DNA from: Ginglymostoma cirratum
Lineage: Eukaryota
Reading direction: 5' to 3'
Assembly (NCBI GenBank): GCA_024137785.1
Contig: JAHRHZ010000002.1
Span: 23,221,408 to 23,285,407 of the forward strand
Length of the DNA: 64,000 bases
Made by a program: the position numbers and the translations under genes. Positions 1-12,734 of the stretch are shown here, piece after piece. Position 1 is the stretch's first letter. Every line of letters begins with the position of its first letter. The notes beneath the pieces are model-generated. The model was not told where the DNA came from and searched no databases. It saw nothing but the letters and a program-made list of their open reading frames with translations.

Positions 1-105
1 ATTTTCTCTGCTGGGAGCAAAGTAAACTAGACATAGACAAGGCTGTAGGTGGACTTGGGGAAGGAGAGGATGAACGCAAGGAAAATGGACAACACATATC
101 ATATG

Positions 106-210
106 AGAGATAAAAGGTACTGCAGATGCTGGAGAATCCGAGATAACAAGCATGGGGCTGGATGAACACAGCAGGTCAAGCAGCATCATAGGAGCAGCCC
201 CATGCTTGTT
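106..210 (-). mobile_element. Short Penelope-derived non-autonomous element
   Basis: Reverse complement of the Penelope 3' end near 7150-7210; 15-bp TSD AACACATATCATATG at 91-105 and 211-225. Confidence 0.75.
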
Positions 211-225
211 AACACATATCATATG

Positions 226-770
226 GTTAGGCTCCAAATTGTGTCGCAGAGACTGTAAAGATGGAAAGATGTGTTTGGTGCTGGCATCCCACGGGAGGTG
301 GTGGAATTGGCAGAGGATAATCTTTTGAATATGTACACTAGTCAGTTTGGAAAGTGAGGTCAACAGGAACCCTATTGTTGCTCTGGGAAGCAGGGAAATG
401 GCTGCTTTTTGCTCATGTTCAGAATTCGAAAAATCCATCCATTTTGCCTCCAACTTCAATTCTTCTCTCATCTTCACAAGTCCATCACTGTCCCTTCCCT
501 CTCATTCCTTGACTTCTCTGCTTGTCTTTCAGAGGATAGGCTGTCCAACAATACCAGTTACAAGCCCCCATCCACTCACACAGTTACCTCCATGACTCTT
601 CCTCACACCCTGCATCCTGCAAAGATAGCATTCCATTCTTGCAGTTCCTCCGTCTTTGTCATATCTGTTACAATCTTTTCATCATCCACCAGAATGCCTC
701 CGAAATGATCTCCTTATTCTTCAACTGAGGATTTCCATCACTGTGATTGATAGGGTCCTCATCCATGTCC
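226..770. mobile_element. Degenerate Penelope-like RT fragments (226-400 on -, 410-770 on +)
   Basis: FASNF..F, PFLD, SHP..CK.SIPF.QFLRL relics on +; HIQKIIL.QF.HL..D..TKHIFPS relic on -. Confidence 0.65.
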
Positions 771-1495
771 GAGCAGGTTGAGAAGACATTTGATGGACGT
801 GTTTGAGGTCATGAGGGGTCAAGACTGGTTATATGGACAGCAATGTCCCAAAGATGGAAGTCAAGAGCCAGAGGGCACAGTCTTAACCTTATTGGGAAAA
901 GAGTCAATGCTAGCATGAAGATTTTTATTATGTAGTTAGGTAACAAGTAGTTCGGTTCTAGAATGTATTACAAGTGTGTGGTGGAGACAGGTACAATCAG
1001 GGATTTCAATAGGCCATTTGAGAAGCCCCTAAAATGAAAGAATTGCGGGGCTACAGGGAAAGGGCAGGCCAGTGCAGAGGAGGTGCTCTTCTAGAGAGTT
1101 AGCATGTACACTACAGGATCAAGGACCTCCTTTCTGTTCTGAAATCATTCATGTTTCTATTAATCCAATCTGCTCTATGGTCCCTTTGTTACTTTGATCG
1201 TGTAAGTTATTTGGTATTTTTCCACTCCAGTATCACATACAGCTTGTTATAGTTACATATTGCAGGAAGAACAGTATCAGCAGCACAACTTGAGCTGATA
1301 CTATCAATTTGCTTAGAGAAAGAATTTTATTCACATAATAGCACTGCCAACGTTTGAAAGAAATAAGGATTTGAATTTATACATTTTTTCAACATGACTG
1401 AGTCTGCATGAGCTCAAATTCTCTCAAACCTTGACCTATGATTCATCCTTCGCTCAGTCTTGCTGCAGACTTCACAAACCTCTCGAGATTTCTCT

Positions 1496-1885
1496 ATGTT
1501 AGGTGTAGCTCAGTAGGTAGCACTCTCACCTCTGAGTTAGTTGACTTTGAATTCAATTCCCCTAACCGTCACTTGGTGCATACTCCATTACAGTACGGGG
1601 GAAGTGGTGCACAGTTAGAGATGCCATTTCTCAAATGTAATATTTAACTGAGGCCCCATGTGCCCAGTCATGTGGACATGAAAGTTCATATGGTACAATC
1701 CAAAAAAAGGATGGGAGATTTTTTTCTCAAATGTCCTGGTTAATTTTTATCCCTCAGCCAATGCCGAAAACATTGATCTGTTCATTATCGCCTTGCTGTT
1801 TGTGCGCTATGCTCAAATTAACTGCTGCATTTCCTGTGTTACAACTGTGTCCAATCTTCCAAAAATTGTTGTGAAGCACTTTGAA
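1496..1885 (+). mobile_element. Deu-domain SINE (SacSINE1/AmnSINE-like)
   Basis: tRNA-like head GTAGCTCAGTAGGTAGCAC, then Deu-like core CAGTAC..GGAAGTGGTGCAC..GATGCC..TTAACTGAGGCCCC. Confidence 0.6.
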
Positions 1886-1889
1886 CATC

Positions 1890-2430
1890 CTGGGGTCATG
1901 CAAGAAGTGAGAAAAGTTGTACACGTTAGTGTGCAGGTACAGCAAGTGATTAAGAAAGTGAATGGAATGCTATATTTTATAATGAGAGGAATGGAACATT
2001 CACATAACAATGTAATGCTATACAGGGCATTGGTGAGATCTCATCTCAAAATATGTATGCCATTTAGGCCAACTTATTTGAATGACAATGCTTAGACATT
2101 AGAGGTGGTTCAGAGCAGATTCCTCAAATTGATGTCTGGAATGAGTCGGTTGACTTCTGAGGAAAGATTAGACAGTCTGGGATCATTTTCAGTGGCATTT
2201 AGAAGAGTGACAGTTGATTTAATTAAAGTGTATGAGATCCTGAATGGTCTTGACTAGGTGGACTTGGAAAAGATACTTCCTCTTGTGGGTGAGTCCAGAA
2301 CTAAGGGACATTGTTTCAAAATTAGGAATCATCTTTTAAATCAAGGGTTTTTTTTTGCTTTCCCCCAGGAATTTGTGCAATTTTGGAACTCACTGCCTCA
2401 GAAGATAGCAGAGACAATGTTTTTGAGTAT
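1890..2430 (+). mobile_element. CR1/HER1-type LINE 3' fragment
   Basis: QVIKKVNGML..I.RG, YRALVRSHL, ESRTKGH, FWNSLPQ relics. Confidence 0.75.
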
Positions 2431-2434
2431 CGAA

Positions 2435-3645
2435 ACACTGAATACAGGAGCAGGAACAGACCATTTGGCCCTTCAAGGCCACTCAGTCATTCAATTATAA
2501 TCATGACTGATTTTCTATATCAAAGGCTTTCTCCAGGCTTAAGCACAACAAGCAATAATGATATTCCACTGGACTATCCATTAAGTCATAGCCACATCTG
2601 CTTATTCAGGTGGAAGCAAAGATTCTAAAATTTATCATTGTCTTCTCTGGTAGAGAATTCCACAAGTTGATCAGCCTCCGATTGAAGATGCGTTTCCTCA
2701 TCTCAGTTCTGAATAGACTGTTCTTTATCCTGAGAATATGACCTGTGCTTCTAGACTCCTCAGCCAGGGAAAACATCTTTTCTGCATTTAGTCTGTCTAG
2801 GCCTGTTAGAATTTCAATCAGACACCCTCTCATCTTCTAAACTCTTGTGAATCCAGGCCCAGTTGAATCAATCTCTCCTCATACAACAGTATTGCCATTC
2901 TAGTTCTAGATCATCCTAGTTCTCCTTTGCTGCATTCCCTTATGGAATTATATCCTTACTTAGGCAGGGAGACCAAAATTGCAAACAATATTCAATCCAA
3001 GTCATTTACATCTGTCATGAAAAGCTGGGGCTCAAGCACTGATCCCTGTAGTTCCTCATTAATCATCACTTGCTACTTGGAAAAAACCCATTTATTGCCA
3101 CTCTCAGTTTCTGGCCTGTCAAACAATTCTCAATCATACCAGTTTATTTGTCCCAATCCTCTGTCTTACCAACATTAATAAGACATTGTCATGTCTGACC
3201 TAAAATCCTGTTTCAATGAAGCTGTACATAATATTTGCCTTCCTAATTGTTTGCTGCACCTGCCTGTTTATTTTCATTGACTGTTACACAAAGACACCTA
3301 GATCCTCTTGTACATTCACATTTCCAAACATATCACCAATTCAATAAAACTCTGCCGTTCTGATTTCACACCAAAGCATATGACTTCACATTTTTTCCAC
3401 ATATACTACATCTGCTGTGTGTTTGCCCACACACTCAACTTGTCTAAATCACCCTGAGACTGCCTGGCATACTCCTCACAACTCAGAACGCCACCTAGTT
3501 TTGTGTCATCAGCAAACTTGGAAACATTGCGTTTGGTTCCCCATCCAAGTCATTTATACATATCATGGATAGTTGGAGCCCGAGCACTAATCACTGCGGT
3601 AACCCACTTATCATCATTTGTAACCTGGAAAAATACCCTTTTATT
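2435..3645 (-). mobile_element. CR1-type LINE fragments
   Basis: ORF 2606-2833(-) GLDRLNAEKMF..ESRSTGH..LWNSLPE; KFADDT relic near 3500. Confidence 0.7.
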
Positions 3646-3646
3646 T

Positions 3647-3990
3647 GGGGTGGCACAGTGTCTCAGTGGTTAGCACAGCTGCCTCACAGCGCCAGGTTTG
3701 ATTCCATCCTTGGCCGACTGTTTGTGTAAAGTTTGCATGTTCTCCCTGTGTCTGGGTGGGTTTCCTTCAGGTGCTCTGGTGTCCTCCCACAGATTTGCAG
3801 GTTATTGGCCATGCTAAATTGCCCTTAGTGTCCAGGGATGTGCAGGTTAGGTGGATTGGCCATGGGAAATGCAGGATTGCAGGGTAGGGTAGGGTCGGGG
3901 AGTGGGTCTAGGTGGGATGCTTTTCAGAATGTTGGTGTACACTTGATGGGCTGAAGAGCCTAATTCCACACTGTAGGGATTCTATGATTC
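3647..3990 (+). mobile_element. HE1-type tRNA-derived SINE
   Basis: GGCACAGTG..CAGTGGTTAGCAC..CTGCCTCACAGCGCCAG head; CACACTGTAGGGATTCTATGA tail. Confidence 0.85.
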
Positions 3991-4384
3991 CCACACCCTG
4001 TTTCTGGCCTGTCAACTAATTCTCAATCCATGCCAGTATATCACCCCAATTCCACATAATTTAATTTTGACCACTTGCCTGTTATATGGGACCCTATCAA
4101 AAATCTTCTTGAAATCCAAATGCATTACTCTGGCTCTCCCTTATCTACTTTATTAAATATATATTTAAAAATTGCAGAAGATTAGCTAAGCATGATTTCC
4201 CTTACATAAACCCATGTTGACCTTGTCTAATATTGTTAATGCTTTGCAAGTGCTACTTTAAGGGTATAGATAAATGAATTCTTGATATGCAAGGAAATCA
4301 AAGGTTATGGGTGGGCGGTGGTGGTAGGTGTTCTACTTCTGCTCATATTTTATATGTATGCTTCTGACCATCAGATATAATAAT

Positions 4385-4720
4385 TTACAGCCAATGACAT
4401 ATTTTTTAAAAATGTACTCACTGTTACAATGTAGTAACTCCAATCCTATTGTGGCCAATTTGCACACAGCAAACTCCTACAAACCGAAGTGTGACGATGA
4501 TAATATAATTTGTTGTTGTGAAGTTGTGTGAAGGTTAAATATTGGTTGAGAAGTCCGGGGTAACTTTCCTGCTTTTCTTTATATCCACCTAAATCAGCAG
4601 ATGTGACCATGATATAATGCATTATCCAAATGCATCACTATCAGAGCAGCACTCCCTCAGACCTGTACTGAGTATCGTCCTTGCTTATTATCCTTAAGTC
4701 CTGGAGTAGGCCTTGAGTGA
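4385..4720 (-). mobile_element. Deu-domain SINE, antisense
   Basis: GCAGCACTCCCTCAG..CTGTACTG is the reverse complement of the Deu core; similar copies at 11680-12110 and 33300-33730. Confidence 0.55.
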
Positions 4721-5149
4721 CCAATTACACCCCTGCTACCTACACTTCTACCTCAGCCTATCTGTTGCGGAAATCTCAGTCATCCCTTTGCCATCTCAAG
4801 ACTCAACAACATCAGTGGTCTCCTAGATGGGATTCCATTCTTCAATCTTCACTAACTTCTGCTTATCCAAAATTCTGCTGTGGATCCAGTTTGGCATTAA
4901 TAGGAAAATATGCAATGAAAGCAGGATGTGAAATTAACTGATTAACTCTTTCAAAGTGCCAGCACAGTAATGGTAAACCACTGGCCTTCATGTTTCCAAT
5001 AATTATCCCTCATTCCTCTACCATTGCTGACCTATAGCAGGTCTCCAAAAGCTCTCATCCCTGTACCTTCCTCCAACCTGTAAAGACCGCTACAGCAGAG
5101 TATCCCTCTTACTGCACCTGTTGGTGCAACATGAGCAACTCTGGTTAGA

Positions 5150-6050
5150 CCAGAATTTGTTGTTCATTTCTAGTTTCTCTCAAGAAAATAGAATTAGTAA
5201 TTTTCTAAACCCACTGTGGTCCAGATAGCAACACCTACAGTGTTGTTAGGGGTGGAGTTCCTGTATTTTGAGTGATATTGAAGGAATATCAATATATTTC
5301 CAAGCCAGGATGAAGCATGGCTTGCAAATGGTGGTGTTCCCACAAATCTACATGAACCTTGATGTTGCGGGTTGGCTATAGGAGCCTTGGTGAGATACTA
5401 CAGTCCATCATGTAGATGGTACACACTGCAGATACTGTAGCATCATCGACGATGGAGGGAATGAATGCTGAAGGGGGTGCAGCAGTTGCTGATAGGCCCT
5501 GGATGATGTCTAACTTTGCGTGTTATTGGAACGTCATTGACCCCAGCAAATCACAGAATATTCCACCACAATCCTGACTCCTGCCTTGCAGATGATGGAC
5601 AAACTTTGGGGAGTCAGCTAAGTTACATGTCTCAAGAACTCCCACCTTCTTACTTGCTTTTATAGCCACAGTATTAATATGTTGCATTACATTGCATGAT
5701 CCAATTTAGTTTCTGGTCAATGGTAACTCCCAGGGTGTTGATAGTGGAAGATACAACACTGGTAATGCTAGTAAATGTCAAGTGCAAATGTTATATTCTT
5801 TTTTCTTGGTTAGAGTCATTACTTAGCACTTGTGTGTTGCAAATACTATTTTCTTCTTATCAAACCGAGCCTAAATATCGTCCATTTTTTGCTGCATATT
5901 GACACAAACTGTTTCAGTACCTGAGGAGTTGTGAATGGTGTATGCAATCATCAGTCAATTTTCCCACTTCTGACCTCATGATGGAGAGAAGGTGGTTGAT
6001 GAAGCAGCTGAAGACGGTCAGGCCCATAACATTATTCTGAGGAACTCTCT
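5150..6050 (-). mobile_element. Degenerate CR1/L2-like LINE 3' fragment (second family)
   Basis: Reverse-complement similarity to 19230-20180. Confidence 0.6.
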
Positions 6051-6054
6051 GGAA

Positions 6055-6390
6055 TGCCCCTACCTAACCCTATCACTGAACCAGGGGGCCTGGCTTCAAG
6101 TCCTACGTTTCAGAGCTGTGTAATAACATCTCTGAACAGGTTGGTTAGAAAATATATAGGGCTCTGTGACACAGTGATTGTGTGCCCTACTTCTGAGCCA
6201 GGAGACCTGGGTTCAAGTCGCACAGAGATGTGTAAATAACATATTTGACCAGATTGATTAGAAAGTACATCTCCTGAACAACATATGGCCCTTGTGGCAT
6301 AGTGCTAGCATTTCTACCTTTGAACAGGAAGGCCTGAGTTCAAGCTCCAGTGGTGTGTAATAGTGTCTTTGAACAGGAAAATATCTCTGA
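6055..6390 (+). repeat. Three tandem tRNA-derived SINE-like units (~105-125 bp)
   Basis: Repeated CCCTAC..TGAGCCAGGAG.CCTGGGTTCAAGTC...TGTGTAATAACAT.T.TGAACAG..TG.TTAGAAA. Confidence 0.6.
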
Positions 6391-6458
6391 GTAGTTAATG
6401 CAGTGGTGTCCTGGGACTTAATTGACTAACTTCCAATTACAACTAACTTTCTTTGTGT

Positions 6459-7210
6459 TCCCAGGCCCCAAGAAGACTTTCCACATCAGGCAGATGTTCA
6501 CCTGCACATCTGCCAATGTGGTATACTGCATCCGCTGTACCCGTTGTGGCTTCCTCTACATCGCGGAAACCAAGCGGAGGCTTGGGGACCGCTTTGCAGA
6601 ACACCTGCGCTCAGTTCGCAACAAACAACTGCACCTCCCAGTCGCGAACCATTTCAACTCCCCCTCCCATTCCTCAGATGACATGTCCATCCTGGGCCTC
6701 CTGCAATGCCACAGTGATGCCACCGAAGGCTGCAGGAACAGCAAATCATATTCAGCCTGGGAACCCTGCAGCCCAATGGCATCAATGTGGATTTCACAAG
6801 CTTCAAAATCTCCCCTCCCCCAACTGCATCCCAAAACCAGCCCAGCTCATCTCCACCTCCCTAACCTGTTTTTCCTCTCACCTTATGCCACACCCCCATC
6901 TCCTATCTACTAACATCATCCTGCCCCCTTGAGCTGTCCGTCCTCCCTGGACTGACCTATCTCCTACCTACTCCCCTACACACACCTTTACTGGCTCCAT
7001 CCCCGCCTCTTCGACTTGTCTGCCTCCTCTCCACCTATCCTCTCCTCTATCCATCCTCTATCCGCCTCCCCCTCTCTCCCTATTTATTTCAGAACCCTCT
7101 TCCCCTCCCCCATTTCTGATGAAGGGTTTAGGCCCGAAACGTCAAGTTTTCCTGCTCCTCTGATGCTGCTTGACCTGCTGTGTTCATCCAGCCCCATGCT
7201 TGTTATCTTG
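6459..7210 (+). mobile_element. Penelope-like retroelement 3' part (GIY-YIG endonuclease, 3' UTR with hammerhead motif)
   Basis: NVVYCIRCTRCGFLYIAETKRRLGDRFAEH...VANHFN GIY-YIG signature in ORF 6422-6913. Confidence 0.9.
7116..7143 (+). ncRNA. Minimal type I hammerhead ribozyme motif
   Basis: CTGATGA-A-GGGT-TTAG-GCCC-GAAAC-GTC: conserved core boxes, stem II, palindromic ACGT stem III. Confidence 0.65.
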
Positions 7211-7899
7211 AAAAGCTGAGCAGCCTACTCTTTCTGCTCCTCTCTGTTTTCATTTCTATTTTCTATGTAATTAGCCAGATTGAATTTGTTCTGCTTTTCT
7301 GGACAATACATGACTTGAACAATTGTTCACAGTGTTCCAGTCTTGCGCCCGTATGGGAAGAGCCCCTCCATGGGTGCAGTAGTTTGCCTGCACAAATTTT
7401 CAGGACTGCTGGTGGGTTATTGTTGGGGTTTGTAGCTTTTGCTGTATCCAGAGCTCTTTCTTGATGTTGCATGGAGTGAATCGAATTGGCTGAAGACTGG
7501 CATTTGTAAAACTGGAGGAGACCAGGATGGATCATCCATTTGGCTGGGTTCCCAGTCATGAAAGATGGAAATATGTGTGAAGCCTCACCCTCTGTTTACT
7601 TCTTTAATTGTCAACTCCCATTCATGGCTGAATGAGACAGAGCTGTAGAGCTTTGATCTGATTTATTGATTGTGGGATCACTTGGGTCTCTGTGTAAGGC
7701 AGTTTTGTCTCAAATATCTTATCTAAAGGGAATACACAATTACATTTTGTAAATAAAATAAACAATTTGAAGACAGATGTTGAACTTCAAAAGGAGCATC
7801 TGCGTCAATATTATCGACTAGATGTAAAGTTCCATTCCCTTCTTCACTTTAATCACTCCCAGCTGAGGACTCTTTAATATCTTGGGGGGAAACACTGTT

Positions 7900-9560
7900 C
7901 CAAGAAATATTTAGCGTTGGCCTATTAAGCTTCCACTGCTTCCTGCCAGTGCCACCGTACGTTTAGTGTTTTTTTTCTTTGTTGAACTGTAAACAAACAG
8001 CCGCCTTTCCACTTGTGTCGAGTCTCTTTGTAACGTATGACTTGTTACAGAAAATTCCCTTAGCCTGACCTTGGTCATGTTGTGCTTAGCTGACATTTGA
8101 TATTAAGAGCGCCTCGCATGCCAGACTGTACCATTGCAACAGTGAGGGAAAACCTTTTATACTATGGTATATACAATGATCGGGGGTTATTAAAACTACT
8201 AAATCGCTTTTTACCGTGACCCAATCTATTGCAAACGAAACCAAAATGATAACTTGACCTAAAACACCATTCTGCATTGTTTTAATCACCTCAATCGTTT
8301 TGCGTTGTTCCAAAATAATTTCTCCGCGTAATAACGTAATTATTTATAAATGACATTCCGGGCTGCTGTCTCTCATAATTATCAATACACGAAAATGTTC
8401 AAACGCCTCCATAACCTGGTGATACCCCCGCACGTTCCGATCGTATCCTTTTCAGTTTGTCTGCAGAAAGACACGGGAAGCAGACGGAAGTAAGGCAAGC
8501 TCTGGTGAACTCTAAACTCTTGCCATTTCCTTACGCCTTGGCAGCTGCTGGAACAGCTCGAACCGCGCATTTGTTTTTTTAAAATTCCCTTTTTAAAACT
8601 CAGGCTGGCTCCTACATTGGAGTAAATGCTTCCCAGAGAAGGTTTTTCATGATGCTGACAGCATCGACGCGCCTCTTGGTGAGTTTCCAATTGTCAGTTT
8701 CATTCCGCTCATTACCTGTTACATTGTAACAAAACAAATCGGATTTATTCGGGTAAAGAAGATACAGGAGGAAGTGACGATTTGTACATTGTAACCATTG
8801 CTCTGCTCAGTAGCTTATTTATCATGTAATAGCTGGGAGATGTTTATTGCACACTTGAAATCGCAAGAAGCAGCGAGCATTGCACACGTGCTGAATGTCA
8901 CTCAGTTGTGCCGTGTTGTTGAGCTCCAACATAACTTGCAAATCCCACCATCATCCTGGGCGATTACTGAAAACAGAGCAATTGCACTCCGCGTTGCTGC
9001 ATTCTGTTGGCGAGCCCTCATCTAACCTGCCCATACAAGCAGAAATAGGCTTTAAAATTAAATTAAAAGAGAAAAAAAATTGTATTTATGAACCCGCTAC
9101 TTTTAGAAGGTCTCAAATCACTACAGTCAGTGAAGTATTTTGTAAGTGTTAGAGGGGTGCGGTGTTGCTCCGTGTTCCAAATACTCTATTAAGGCAGAGG
9201 GGTGTGGACATTTTTTTGTGTTTTTTTTAGTGTCAGACTGCTGACAGCAGTTAATTTATGTTTCAGTTCCTGTCCGACGAGATTACGCCTCCAAGGTTGT
9301 GGCCTGCACGTCACTACATAAAATGGCTAGTGGCTTTGACCTGCAGTTTATAGGCGTGAAACACAAGGGCGCAGATATTAGTTTTTGTCATTCAGAACCT
9401 CGCCTGAGAGTTACGATTGCTCCACAGGCAGCTTTGTGTTTTGTTGAAAGTCATTGTAAATGTAGTCTGTGCAGATTGAGATAGGGTAACGGTGTTCCAT
9501 AAATATCTCACCTTGATTGAAAGTACAGGAAATTGGAGACTAACCTACACAGTGACCCGG
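7900..9560. promoter_or_regulatory. CpG-enriched, repeat-poor region; probable promoter/first exon of the CRAT-like gene
   Basis: Visibly more CG dinucleotides than flanks; CCAAT 8221; ETS-like CGGAAGT 8485-8491 and GAGGAAGTG 8768-8776; YY1-like AAAATGGCT 9320-9328. Confidence 0.5.
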
Positions 9561-11679
9561 CTACGTATTTTGTTGAAAAAGACCACAACTTGCATTTATG
9601 TAGCCGCCAAGGCACTTCATAGGGGTGTTCTCAGGCACAATTCGCTCTGAGCCATGTCAATTGATAATAGTATGAGTAAGAAAATGCTTGCTCAAAAAAG
9701 AGATGATGGGCAGTGTCTAGAAGGAAGACTGAAAAGAGGTTGAAGGAAGGAATTCCAGAGCTTGGCGCTGAGGATATGTACAAGCACAACAATGACTGGA
9801 TGAGTGATTAATATCACTGGTGCTGGAGAGGCCAGAATCCGAGGAGTGTGGGGTTGTGAGGATCAGAGGAGATTATGGAGACAGAGCATTTGAGCCAATG
9901 GAGGTATTTAAAAATAATGAGAATTTTAAAACTGAAATTTTCCTGGACTGGAGCTCATGTAGGTGATGGATAAATGGGACCTGGGTTTGAAACTTTATCT
10001 CCGAGTTAGAAAGGATCCCAATTAAGATCAGACTGATGTAATGAAAGCTCATGTCTGGAAGGGTATGGGAGGTACCAGTGTATCCACCGACCAGGGACAA
10101 AGACTCAGGAGGTAGGCAGCTTTCAAGCAAGAACTGGTTAATGAAGAGAGAGGGCAAAAAGGATCTTCCCCGAATCTGGCCTTGACATGATGACTCCACT
10201 ATTCCCTTAATCTTTAGCTCAGATTGGAAGAGAGATCAATGACACACTCTGATCTTTACAGTGAACTACAGCTTTTTTATACATTTTGTACGACGGTAGT
10301 CAAATACTGCATGGACACTGTCCTTCCCCCTTAATCTACACACCTAGTTCCATGAGAGATGTAATCAATGATGGACATTCCTATGGACAGCCTCAGATTC
10401 CCATGATTTCACGGTGTTTACATGACATTGGAGTCTCTAGGCCTTGGGATCTTTCTATGCCTTCTATTCATTTGCATTCTAAAATTATTGGCTATACTCC
10501 TTTGGATCTGTCTCAGGCTTGCTTATCTCCAAGGACAGCATGAATTGTATTTCATGTGTTAATCTTTATCAAATTAAATTATTCATTTTATATTTCCTGC
10601 TGTCACAATTATGTATGTAAAAGTACAAAAGACAGTTTTAACTGATTGCTATAAGGTTAATTTTTGTTATAACGTGTAAAATTATACAGCCACTCGGGCT
10701 GTGAGTCTTTGTTCAGGGCGTAAGAGAAGGTGTTTCCTAAGACTAATTAACTTTCACATCTAGGTTTAAGTGTTTCAGTTCCTAATGCTTGTATTATACT
10801 TGGTTATATGTGTATCTATCCTTTATGTTGAAAACTACTTCTATGATTAACTGAAGAATCTTTAACTAGAACCTATTTCTTAATATTGTGAGTAACTTCA
10901 AAGAAACAACTACTGTTACAAAATAACTTTAGCTGTTGTCTTTGCAGTTGCTTAGGGAATTAATCTGGCTGGTTCATGGGCTGAGGCTCACACCTGGTTT
11001 TGTTCATTTACTGGAACAATCATCCTTTCGTTAATGAAGTTGGAATCCATTGCTTGTCGATCCTTAGGCACCCTCTTATCAGAACTGTCTCAGATGGTTG
11101 CTTGCACGGCCTTTACTGACCTTGGAGTAGTCCAGTTCAAATGTACCATTATGTTTCACAGTGTGAGCAGGCTGTTTAATTTTGCTTTGTTTCTGTCTGC
11201 CATTTTGTAAGCAGGAATGGACCACTTAGTATAAGTAGATATGGGTCACCTTTACATGGGTATACTCCCACACTGTTTCAATAGAATGAGACAGTTGTGC
11301 CAGTTTATTTCTGCCTACCTTATCAGAAGGCGGAATATTATTGCTGTCTCTCATGCTCCTGAGTTCGCAGCCAGACCAGAAACTGTGCTAGGACTGTGTC
11401 AGGGTTGCTGACTTGTAAGAGCAAACTGACAGGCCTAGTCCCTAAAATGACAGTAGATTCATGACATGTGCCATCACTCATTTCTTCTGAAAAAAGCAAT
11501 GCAGCAACTTGTGGCAATAAGAGATACTCAGTCATGTTTAAGTGGACATAGTTGTGAATGTTGATGTCATTGCACCATTTTTCTTAAAAAAAAATTTCCA
11601 GCAATATGCAATGCTATATACCCAATATGAGGAGTGAGGGCAGAATTCAGCTTGGGTTACTCACTACCAGAGGAAAGAC

Positions 11680-12110
11680 CATTCATATGGCACCTTTCAT
11701 TGACTTCATGATGTTTAACAGTGCTCAGCAGCATTGGTCACTTATGATCTCACTATGAAATAGAAAAGCACATTTCTGAGTTTGTGCAGAATAGGTGGCA
11801 TACTAAGCCAACATGGTAATGAGCAGCTGATCGGTTCTCTTTTCAGTGATGCGAGCTGGTGATTGGCCTAGGTAGTTGGGAATAACTCATGACCCTTCTT
11901 TGGAATAGTGCTGCAGGATTTTTTGCATTCCCCTGAAAGAGCAGACGGAGCTTTTGATGTAATTTCTTTTCTTAAAAAAAAAAGACTGTTAGTGCACTTT
12001 TCCCTCCCTGCATTGGTGTGTTAGCCCAGACTTTTGTGTTGATGTCCTTTGAATGGAATGTAAACCCAAATCTTCTGACTTAGAGACACACAGTTCCTGC
12101 TTTTGTCACC
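11680..12110 (-). mobile_element. Degenerate Deu-domain SINE, antisense
   Basis: Similar to 4385-4720 (CCTGAAAGAGCAGACGGAGC, CCCTCCCTGCATTGGTGTG). Confidence 0.45.
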
Positions 12111-12734
12111 GGGGCAGAAGCAGACTGAAGTCAAATGCATTCGAACTTGAAAAATATAGGAATGGAAGAACCAAATGAAATAAAAATCTGGGAAAATGAA
12201 CAGCTAACCTAGTGTTTTCCAGCCTTTGCCATGTATCCACAAGTAAATGTGTACTTGTGAAGAAAATCTTTCAGTCGTTTAAGTGTTGTGTTTGGATATC
12301 ACCACATAGTTCTTTTTCCTCATCGGTCATGTCTTTAACTGCTGAGGATCTAAACCTATCTGCCTCTGTAACCCATTTCTCTCTTTAAGATCCTTGAAAA
12401 TTAATTCTTAGATCAAGCTTTTGGTCACGCAGTCTAATATCTCCATATATTGCTTAATACCATATTCTATTTGTTAGCACTTAGATGAATCAGCTTGGAT
12501 GTTTTATCATGTTAGAGATGTTACATACGTACAAGCTTATTTAGTCTGGGCAGTAACAGGCATATCTTTCCATGCCCTTCCTCCAGGTAGCAGTTGTTCC
12601 TATTTCATAGTTAATTGACTTGGTGTCCAATTATTTTCCATTTGTGTTTCTCTGAAGCACTTTGCAAAGACAAATTGCTTCATTGTAATCTGCTGTCTTC
12701 CAGATTTTGTGTTATGACTTTTTAAAATTCAAAA

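Noticed and set aside
8395-8493. ATG-initiated 32-codon ORF (MFKRLHNLV...) as coding exon 1 of the CRAT-like gene
   Set aside because: The donor at 8490 would be phase 2, incompatible with the phase-0 start at 13858; otherwise it ends in TAA.
9142-9147. GTAAGT donor as end of CRAT-like exon 1
   Set aside because: It sits in what looks like a decayed SINE tail fragment (ACAGTCAGTGAAGTATTTTG); no independent support.
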